Assembly (NCBI RefSeq): GCF_006345805.1
Contig: NW_021824414.1
Location: 1-18,890 of the forward strand
Length of the DNA: 18,890 nucleotides
Source of the DNA: Octopus sinensis
Lineage: Eukaryota
Reading direction: 5' to 3'
Shown here: one piece after another, positions 10,955 through 18,890 of the stretch
How the letters are laid out: every line of letters starts with the position of its first letter
Numbering within the stretch: the first letter of the stretch is position 1
Made by a program: the position numbers and the translations under genes
The notes under the pieces: model-generated
The model's database searches: none
Told to the model about the DNA's origin: nothing
What the model saw: the letters and a program-made list of their open reading frames with translations, nothing else

Positions 10955-11390
10955 TGAAAGAGCGAAGGCGTGGCGAGGTGTAAACTCGTGAATTCCGATA
11001 ATAGTAAACGGCAACACTTATGACACGTGACAGTCAACATGGGTGAGTGTTGGCGGGAGAAAAGGGGAGGGAGGGGGCAATGGTCGTAGTAATGGAGGTG
11101 ATGGTGGTGGAGGTGGTGGTGGCGGTGGCGGTGGTAGTGATTCTTGTGGCGAAGTTTTGGTGTTGGTGACAGTGATGTGTGAATGATGATGATGATGGTG
11201 GTGGTGGATTTGTCAAAGATGACGGTGCTGACACATGGCACGTGAGTGACGTATGTCTTATTTCTTGTAAAATTCCAATACACACACGCACACACACACA
11301 CACACACATACACAACATACGCACACACACGTACACCCAGTCAAACAAGAGCGTCGTAGAGAACAAAGGTATGACATAGAACTGGGCAAT

Positions 11391-11404
11391 TACCATCATC
11401 ATCA

Positions 11405-11451
<47 letters not shown>
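11391..11451. repeat. (ATC)n/(ATT)n microsatellite
   Basis: Directly visible. Confidence 0.97.
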
Positions 11452-11452
11452 G

Positions 11453-11667
11453 AGGCAGCGCGCTGGCAGAAACGTTAGCATGCCGGACAAAATGCTTAGC
11501 GGCATTTCGTTCGTCTTCACGCTCTAAGTTCAAATTCCACCGTGGTCGAGTTTGCTTTTCATATTTTTGGGGTCGATAAATTAAGTACCAGTGAAGTACT
11601 GAGGTCGATATGATCGACTAGTTCCCCTCCCCCCAAAATTCAGGCCATGGGCCTATAGTAGGAAATA

Positions 11668-11724
<57 letters not shown>

Positions 11725-11755
11725 CATCATTATTATTATTGTTATTGTTATTATT
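11453..11755 (+). mobile_element. Full-length tRNA-derived SINE family B (Meta/MESC-core-like) with (ATT)n tail
   Basis: Head GGCAGCGCGCTGGCAGAAACGTTAGC, B-box-like GTTCAAATTCC (11528-11538), central TTTTCAT..GGGGTCGATAAATTAAGTACCAG, and (ATT)n at 11668-11755. Confidence 0.85.
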
Positions 11756-11756
11756 C

Positions 11757-11922
11757 GGGCAGCGAACTGGCAGAATCGTTTGCGCACCTGGCAAAATGCC
11801 TAGCGGCATTCCGCCCGTTTCTACGTTCTGAGTTCAAATGCACTGGGGATGACTTTGCTTTTAAACCTTTCGGGGTCGACAAAATAAGTACCAGTTAAAT
11901 ACTGGAGTCAACGTAACAGACC
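11757..11922 (+). mobile_element. Second SINE family B copy, head-to-tail with the first, lacking the 3' end
   Basis: GGGCAGCGAACTGGCAGAATCGTT..GAGTTCAAAT..CCTTTCGGGGTCGACAAAATAAGTACCAG. Confidence 0.8.
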
Positions 11923-12534
11923 TACGTCTCAGAGTGGCCGATGTCGTGTGTTTGAACAGCGTAGATAAATACAGGTACATGAAGCATCATACAATATGGA
12001 TTGCTGATGTATTAAAATTATCTCACCCCTCTAGAGAAAGCATCATAATCAATATGCAAATTACCTAGGTCATAAATGTATTCTACTTTTTTTGAATAAG
12101 TTGTTACCATTTTGAATAAGCAACGTATAGGAACTTCATTAACGATTTTGTCTTTGGCGCCTTTTCTTCGACAGACCATTAAGTATATAGAAATAACTTG
12201 CCTGGTGACTAACTAGTGGTCGTGCGACAGCTAAATTTAACTTTTTGCAATAATTTACACGATTTAGCTTCGGTTACAGAATTCGACGACTTCTACAATC
12301 CACTTTCATTATTGAAAAACAGTTCTCTCACGAATACACACAAACTGATTCACACAACGTATCTTTTTCTCTGTCATCTTAACCTTTCGTTGCATTCCTC
12401 GAATGAAAGGCTTAAAAAAATATATAGAAAACTATTAGTTATATTAATGTGTTAATCACATTTATGCCTTCCCAAATAATAATAACATAATTTCCAAGAT
12501 GTTGCTACATTAACAAGGATGATCTAAACCCTTA

Positions 12535-12731
12535 GGTTACATGTGACTGAGATGCCACCGGAAAGAATCACAAGCGAGATGCTTCAAGTGAAGCCGAGGG
12601 CTAAGAACAAGCTGGTTGGATTAATATGCATGGTCATGGTTGATTCCGACAGGACCCTATGGAGAAGGATATGTGAGGACACTACCCCCGAGACCCTGCC
12701 AGGAATAACGGGCGGAGAAGATGGATGGATG
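12535..12731 (+). mobile_element. Degenerate RTE-clade (Rex3/Expander-like) LINE 3' end with (GATG)n tail
   Basis: HVTEMPPERI..L.VKP and DSDRTLWRR relics; the terminal CTACCCCCGAGACCC..GGAATAACGGGCGGAGAAGATGGATGGATG resembles Rex3-type 3' ends. Confidence 0.6.
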
Positions 12732-13665
12732 TCTGTGGCGATCAGGTAGATAGGAATGGAATCATCAAAGGTTACATTAGACAAAGGATTACATTAGCCT
12801 TGCTTGGGGATGGTCACGACTGGATCAGATAGGATCAAATCCAACCCAGGGTTAAGGAATAACAAGCCAACAACAAGTTAATTAATCTCCTGTTTGCTAA
12901 TGATATCGATTTATCCTTAATTAATGTTAAACATTACTGTGATTAATTGTTTCTTTCCTTTCCTTTTCTTTTCCCGTCCTCTTTCTCTTTTTCTTCACTC
13001 CTTTCTTTCTTTATTTATTTATTTCTCTCTTCATTTACATGTGGGACTGGAGCAAATAGTGGCCATACATTATCAAGTTCAGAATTCAAAAGGTCAGAGG
13101 TGAACCAGCAAAACAAGCTGGACCACAAGTCCATCAATAATGGAGCACGGTTTTGGTTTATGGCCGTGGCTAATTTGTCACTTGGTTGTGATGGAGTTCT
13201 TTAATGTTCATCTTTGGTTTCAGTTGAAATATTATCCTGCTTGGTCAACCGGTTGGATCATACGCCTCAGCATCTGTCAGTGATAAACACAGACACAAAC
13301 CCCACACACCACACACATAACATCTATGTTTTTCTGAATGCATTCATGTGTAAACGACATATATACATATAATATACACAATTATGATATATATATATGT
13401 GTATATATATATTATGTTACATTTGTTCTTTAATCTCAAGTATGGTTAAATAGAGGAAACTCTATGATTCGTGACGTTTTTTCTAATATTTTTCAGAGTA
13501 GATCTCTAGTTTGGTCCCATTTTAATTAAAATTTACAGGAAAATTTGACTGGTGTTTCTAGCTGGACGAATGACTGCAGTGGCTGTCGTTTTAGTTGGTG
13601 CGTGTGTTTGTTCGTTGTTCGTTTGTGTGTGCCTGTGAGTTCATACACATATATACACAGGTATA

Positions 13666-13668
13666 CAT

Positions 13669-13706
<38 letters not shown>

Positions 13707-13735
13707 ATATTATATATATATATATATTATATAAT
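13666..13735. repeat. Interrupted (TA)n array
   Basis: Directly visible. Confidence 0.95.
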
Positions 13736-13738
13736 ATT

Positions 13739-14111
13739 CTAGCAGTATCGCCCGGCGTTGCTCGGGTTTGTTTCGACCCTTTAGAATTGGAATTTTTGAA
13801 AAGTAAAAGTTTTGCATTATGTAGCTTGTTATTCACTTTAATTGAACATTTTTCTGGTTGAAATACACCGAAAAATGGCGACACAGCAGTAAAAAAATCG
13901 TAAAAAATAGGGATTTTCATAGAAAGAAAGCACCTTTTTGATGTAAATAATTTTTGGTGTTAACACGGTCCGATTTGATTTTTCTCTTCTACGGAAGGAA
14001 GAGCAAGCCTTCTTCTATCATACTCTCAATTTTGGTCAACTTCCGCCGCAGGGTCCCGGAGGAGATAGTGTTAGTTGAAGGCTACCAAACCTGTCACGCA
14101 CAGACAATCAG

Positions 14112-14170
<59 letters not shown>
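13739..14170 (-). mobile_element. Non-autonomous Helitron (family H2)
   Basis: The minus strand ends CCCGAGCAACGCCGGG hairpin + CGATACTG + CTAG. The 5' end (TATATAAAGCTGATTGTCTGTGCG..) merges into (TA)n at 14115-14170; the 5' TC is not visible. Confidence 0.8.
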
Positions 14171-14174
<4 letters not shown>

Positions 14175-14344
14175 TTAAAATTACTAAGTCTCTCTAAAGG
14201 AGATTACGGCAGCGTTACTGGATATTAATAGTTATCGCCATACTAATATGGCAGTCTATAAATAAGACTAAAGCTAATCTTGGAGCTAATCAGCGACAGC
14301 TTTAGTCTTATTTATAGACTGCCATATTAGTATGGCGAGAACTA

Positions 14345-14351
<7 letters not shown>
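14171..14351. mobile_element. AT-rich foldback (MITE-like) element between (TA)n arrays
   Basis: 54-bp inverted arms at 14222-14275 and 14298-14351 with 1 mismatch and a 22-nt spacer. Confidence 0.7.
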
Positions 14352-14387
<36 letters not shown>

Positions 14388-14587
14388 TCACACACACATA
14401 TGTAGTTAATAGAATAAAAGTATAAAAGTATAAACATGGAGACCCAAGTGGTATCAGGTCATACCATCGACATTTATGTATTCAAACACTGACACAACGT
14501 GAGGGTAGAATTGGATGTTAGAGGAGATTAGACGACAAGAAGTTGACAAAAGATCAGTTGAAGGACGTTCAAAACGGTTGTTGTATA

Positions 14588-15900
14588 CGTGGTCTGATCA
14601 ATAAGTATCCGGACTGTTGCTATAGTAACGAAGCTAAAGCACGCAAAGTAAAGCCGCTTGGCACAGATTGACCTTGACCTCTCTGTTGTGCATGCGCACC
14701 AAGTTTTAACGTTCTAGCCCACATCCGCTGTTTACAGCAGTGCTTGCAAGGAACGTGTGTAGCGTGTGATCATCGCATTGACCATGACAGAGAAAGTTGA
14801 GCAGAGAATCTGCATCAAATTTTGCCAAACAACTTGGTGGTAGCTGCTCAGAGACCTACGCAAAGTTTTTAAAAAGTGTATAGAGAGGAATGTATGATCC
14901 GAAAAAATGTCGATATTGACGAACGCTCTGGGAGAGCCGCAACCAGCGGAACTGAGAAAAAACCATTGCAGATATGTGAGGGCAAATCGTCGAATCACCA
15001 TCCTTGAATTATCAGAGGATGTGCAGATTAGTTACGGTTCAGTTCAGTCCATTATCACTGAAGAAACCAATTCTACTATATGGCTCAGAAACCTGGACGT
15101 TATCAAAGAAGCTTGAGAGGCGGTTGGATGGAACTTACACTCGCCTCCTTATGAGAGCTCAAAATCTCTCGTGGAAGCGTCATCCAACCAAAGTACAAAT
15201 ATATGGGAAATTACCACCTGTATCATCTCTTGTGAAAGGTAGAAGATTCCAGTTTGTTGGACATTGTTGTAGAGCTGAAAACAAGGTAATTTCTACTCTT
15301 CTCCTCTGGAAGCCATCTGCTTGCGATACCAGAGGGCGCACATTCTCCTACCCTGATGTAATCTCCAGGGATACAGGCATCCAGCAACAGGACCTCCGTA
15401 ATGCTATGATAGACCGTGAAGTCTGGCGTAACATAGTAAATTCCATTGTCTCCACCACGGTCGAACAATGATGATGATCATTGAAGATTTGGGTACAAGA
15501 CGCGTGTCTGCCAAATTTGTGCCAAAACTACTTTCAGCTGACGGCGTACCTGCCCATTCAACGCAGCTTGTCCAGCAATTTTTGGCTAGGCACAGTATTC
15601 TCCAGGTCTGACAGCCACTGTATTCCCCAGATCTCGCCCCTTGCGACTTTTGCCTCTTTACAAAAATCAAGTTCCGCTTGAGAGGAAGATTTCAGAACGT
15701 CGAGGAAATCAAAGTGAATGCGTCGAGACAGCTGCTGATTATCCCAGAAAAATAATTCCAAGAATGCTTCCATCAATGGAAACAACGCTGGATTAAGTGT
15801 GTGGCTTCCGAAGGGGACCACTTTGAAGGAGATTAACTGCCATATTGGTATGTGATATAGTTTTATAGCAGTAGTCCCTATACTTATTGATTAGACTTCG
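14588..15900 (+). mobile_element. Mariner (DD34D) transposon, defective, with TA TSD
   Basis: TA|CGTGGTCTGATCAATAAGTATCCGGACT ... AGTCCCTATACTTATTGATTAGACTTCG|TA (TIR 23/28). Transposase relic from ATG 14784 to TAA 15836: MTEKVEQRICIKFCQ..ERSGR..RRITI.ELSEDVQISYGSVQSIITE|DLGTRRVSAKFVPKLL..PAH..YSPDLAPCDF (15621-15650)..EGD*. Confidence 0.93.
15065..15476 (+). mobile_element. 5'-truncated RTE-clade LINE inserted in the mariner transposase
   Basis: Uninterrupted frame PILLYGSETWTLSKK..FVGHCCRAE..WRNIVNSIVSTTVEQ*, (TGA)n tail, 11-bp TSD ATCACTGAAGA (15054-15064) / ATCATTGAAGA (15477-15487). Confidence 0.9.
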
Positions 15901-16589
15901 TATGTTAAAATTCTCACAGAACAGTTACACCGAATTATTGGCATGAAGTAAAAATGGTTATCTTTGATGGAAATACAAAGCTTAATGAGAAGAAAAGAAG
16001 AAGGAAGGAAGGAAGAAAGTGTGCCGATAATCTTTTACAGCTATTTCAAGGATAGCTGCGCAGATGGTGCGTTTCCCTGAAAACGATCGCTAGCCAACGT
16101 TGTATCTGCGATCTGTTCCATTATCGGAAGAAGACTGAGAGAGAGAAACTAATAAGCGTAAGAAGTAATTGATGTATTAAGTATTTTGAGTTTGACTTAG
16201 ATACGTAGAAGGAAATGGTCGCTGTTTGTATGGGTAGGGAGGGATTCTGAGCGGGGTGGTGTGAAAGGGACCATGTGTAGAATAGCGACAGCAAATACGA
16301 CAAGTAAATATACATATAATTAGATAGGTAGGTATATAGGTAGACAGTAATATACACGCATGTACGCATATATTGACAAACATACTGTATTCTCTTAAAA
16401 AGGGTGCAAAATTGTTCCCACAAAATCGCTTCAGATACTTTTCAAAATCTTCGTTTTAAGTTGAAACAATGTCCAGAAAGGAAGAACTGGAAGCAATGCC
16501 ACGAGTCACGGACTTATTTCTCTGAGGTTATGAATTCACACGGTGGGGGTGGGGTAAGTGGGAGTCATAACATTCTTTGGAATAAAACG

Positions 16590-17025
16590 ATTTCCATAGT
16601 GACACTCCGGCCACGGTCAAGCTGTTGCATAAACCTTCTACGACATTACAATTGGGAGTTGCTACAGCTGTTCCTCTATTCAAATCTGGCTGCCGTATAT
16701 CTCGACATTGCGAAGGCATTAAACAATGGCGAGCAGGGAATGATGGCATGGACTCTTGTGACCCCGGTGCAATTGCAAACTAGCAGAGTGGCTGCATGAC
16801 TTTTTGAGGGAGAGAGGGAGGTGTGGGGCAAGCTGTTGCAGTCTGTCTTTTCAAAGAATACAATAATTATGAACGGAGTCACACAAGGGACTGTTCTGGG
16901 GGACATTGCGGTTTGTAGTGACTATTAAAACCGTGCTCTCGGTTAAACGAATAACCTCACTTAATAGCTTTTCTGACACAACAAAATATATCGAAAGCAA
17001 CCAAGATATCAAAAACGCCCCGGGT
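16590..17025 (+). mobile_element. Degenerate CR1-type reverse transcriptase fragment
   Basis: Across frameshifts: RPRSSCCINLLRHYNW..AVYLDIAKAL (YLDFAKAFD), KLAEWLHDFLRER, NGVTQGTVLG (GVPQGTVLG), SFSDTTK (YADD relic). Confidence 0.78.
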
Positions 17026-17043
17026 AACATAATACGATATAGA

Positions 17044-17263
17044 AAGCGGCGACCTGTTAGAATCGTTACGGCGCCAGAGAAATTGCTTAGCAACATTTCT
17101 TCTGGCTTGAGGTTCTGAGTTCAAATACCACCGGGGCTGACTTTGCTTCTCATCCCTTCGAGCTCGATAATATAAGTACCAGCTGAACACTGGGGTCCAT
17201 GTCATCGCATTACACTCTACTCTGAAATTGTTGGCCTTCTGCCAAAATTCGAAATCAATATAA
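17044..17263 (+). mobile_element. Diverged SINE family B; tail interrupted by a Helitron
   Basis: GCGGCGACCTGTTAGAATCGTTA..GAGTTCAAATACC..CATCCCTTCGAGCTCGATAATATAAGTACCAG..GGCCTTCTGCC. Confidence 0.75.
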
Positions 17264-17662
17264 TCTTTATATATAAAAGTCAAGTTGTGTGTCTGTCTCC
17301 TACGATTTAGATTCCTAACTACTCCCACAGTTTGCGGTGCAGTTTAACCAAAACCGGGTATCTTATAGTCGTGATTCATATCGAGCCCTTCTGGGCATTA
17401 GCGCGCATCTACGATGAGTCTACGATTTAAAAAAAAATTTACCATAATTCTTTTTTCATTTTAATGCATTTTTTCGCTATTATATAAGGGAAGTAACTCT
17501 CTAAAAATGTCTACGAATGAGTCAACGATTTAAAAAAATTTACCACATCATTTTTTTCCTTTTTTAATGCATTTTTTTGCTATTTTTTGGCTATAACTCT
17601 CTAAAAATGCTTATATAGTTATTTCCCTTACAAACCCGAGCAACGCCGGGCGATACTGCTAG
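17264..17662 (+). mobile_element. Complete non-autonomous Helitron (family H1)
   Basis: A|TCTTTATATATAAAAG ... hairpin CCCGAGCAACGCCGGG (17635-17650) ... CTAG|T: canonical TC/CTRR ends, A|T target and no TSD. Internal ~100-bp tandem duplication (17408-17509 and 17510-17609). Confidence 0.9.
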
Positions 17663-17689
17663 TATCATATATAATAAAATATATTTTTC

Positions 17690-18110
17690 CAGACATCATC
17701 CTGTGCTGCTCCTGGGCGCACATCATCATTGATGTTCCTTGGGGTCATTAGCTGTTTTGTGTTTTTCAACCCCGGACACTCTCACGCAGGCGTCCCAGCT
17801 GGAGTTTATCGAGTTAGTTATCGTAGCACTGTCTCTTGACAGGGTTTAAGTCTCCTGATCTAAAGCCATATTTGCCCCCTGATATGTTCATCGTGTTGTG
17901 AAGACTGCAGAGGGACAGACCTGCAAGCTTTCTGCATCTCATCTCGGTAGGATTAAACCTTGCTTGCTACTTATTGCTTTGGCATAGCCCCGGCAGCTCA
18001 CCATATTTCCTTTTTTTCCCCCTCATTCGCTTCCTCGGTTGGGTCTTCCTAGCGAGCGGAGAGTTCTAACAAAATCACTTTCTTGGATGCTTCTGGCATC
18101 AGCACCAAAC
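17690..18110 (-). mobile_element. HERO-like RLE non-LTR retrotransposon 3' fragment
   Basis: Minus strand: SKKVILLELSAR*EDPTEEANE..KYGEL..CQSN..P.E..CR..AG.SLC (compare VILLELTVPWEE..EEANERK..KY). It is followed by a 3' UTR AACTCCAGCTGGGACGCCTG..GATGACCCC-like..ACATCAATGATGATGTG resembling HERO ends. Confidence 0.7.
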
Positions 18111-18149
18111 TTAATACACTGTAATATATATAATATATATGATATCATT

Positions 18150-18254
18150 CATAGGCACTGGCGTTGTACCTTGGGCAAGTGTCTTCTCCTTTAGTCTCGG
18201 ACCGACAAAGCCGTTGTAAGTGGATTTGTTGACGGAAATTGAAAAAGACCCATC
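18150..18254 (+). mobile_element. SINE family A 5'-half fragment ending in its (TA)/(CA) tract
   Basis: ACCTTGGGCAAGTGTCTTCT..AAGTGGATTTGTTGACGGAAATTGAAA, followed by microsatellite at 18255-18377. Confidence 0.75.
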
Positions 18255-18345
18255 ATATATATATATATATATATTACGCGCGCACACACACATACACACA
18301 CACACACACACCCACATACACACATATATATTATATATATATTAT

Positions 18346-18377
<32 letters not shown>

Positions 18378-18471
18378 ACGGGAAGCTTTATGAAAATAAA
18401 CAAAAGACGAAGGCAGGTGGAAAACGAACAATTGTATTAGTATGGCGCTCAGGAAATATAAATAAAACAAG

Positions 18472-18509
18472 TCTTTAACGTTTCGAGCCTACGCTCTTCA
18501 ACAGAAAGA
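18472..18509 (-). ncRNA. Minimal type I hammerhead ribozyme motif (core variant CUGUUGA)
   Basis: 5'-UCUUU CUGUUGA A GAGC-GUAG-GCUC GAA ACGU U^ AAAGA-3': 5-bp stem I, 4-bp stem II, GAAA, loop-less palindromic stem III (ACGU), GUU cleavage triplet. Confidence 0.7.
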
Positions 18510-18679
18510 TACACAGAGAGAGAAAACACAGAAGAAGGAGAGAAAAAAAATGCGTGCAGTAGCTAACGAATCAACATGGCGATCTGATTTCGGCCAGATG
18601 TCAAAGATCAAACATGAGACGCGAGAGCGAAATAAGGGGAGATAATAGGGTTGATAAAAGGGTTGAGGGACCAGCTAAA

Positions 18680-18890
18680 AGTGCGTGGGAGGGGTCTGGA
18701 TGTGTGTATGTATAGGGTTGGTGTATGTATTAGTATGTATAAAGGGTGTGTGTGGTGTGTGTGTGTATGAGAGAGTATTAGTGCGTAAGATTGGTCTGGA
18801 CGTGCGTATGTATGGGGTTGGTGTATGTATTAGTATGTATTAGTATGTATTAGTACGTATTGGTATGTATAGGTGTGTGTGGTGTGTGTG
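18680..18890. repeat. 100-bp period tandem repeat with internal (TATGTATTAG)n expansion
   Basis: AGTGCGT at 18680 and 18780; GGTCTGGA at 18693 and 18793. Confidence 0.85.

Larger units (their letters stand above)
18377..18890 (-). mobile_element. Putative Penelope-like element remnant (pseudo-LTR type) carrying a hammerhead motif; runs off the window end
   Basis: Contains a minimal type I hammerhead with palindromic helix III, an established hallmark of PLE pseudo-LTRs. No RT or GIY-YIG ORF is visible, so the class is inferred. Confidence 0.45.

Noticed and set aside
15004-15471. 155-aa ORF as a host gene
   Set aside because: It is a truncated RTE ORF end preceded by out-of-frame mariner sequence and is bounded by TSDs.
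17408-17609. Tandem repeats as a CRISPR-like array (also 18680-18890)
   Set aside because: Only two units, no unique spacers, eukaryotic TE context and no cas genes.

Overview
Eukaryotic (animal) non-coding DNA made almost entirely of transposon relics and microsatellites. The tRNA-derived SINE families closely resemble, from recall, those that dominate octopus genomes, so the source is probably Octopus or another coleoid cephalopod (inference). There is no intact host gene, rRNA, true tRNA or CRISPR array, and most listed ORFs are microsatellite translations. Supported elements: three tRNA-SINE families (about 11 copies or fragments), two CR1-type LINE fragments, two RTE-clade fragments, two restriction-like-endonuclease retroelements (Dong/R4-like and HERO-like), a mariner with TIRs and TA TSD interrupted by an RTE insertion, two non-autonomous Helitrons, a pogo/Tc2-like end and MITE-like foldbacks. 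The most notable observations are: (i) a minimal hammerhead ribozyme with a variant core in a Penelope-like remnant (18472-18509, minus); (ii) a strong candidate minus-strand exon (2783-2897) bracketed by two ~96% identical inverted SINEs; (iii) two different Helitrons sharing an identical 33-bp 3' end; (iv) a 54-bp near-perfect foldback between (TA)n arrays; (v) repeated insertion of elements into specific microsatellites. All family assignments come from motif recognition and need database confirmation.
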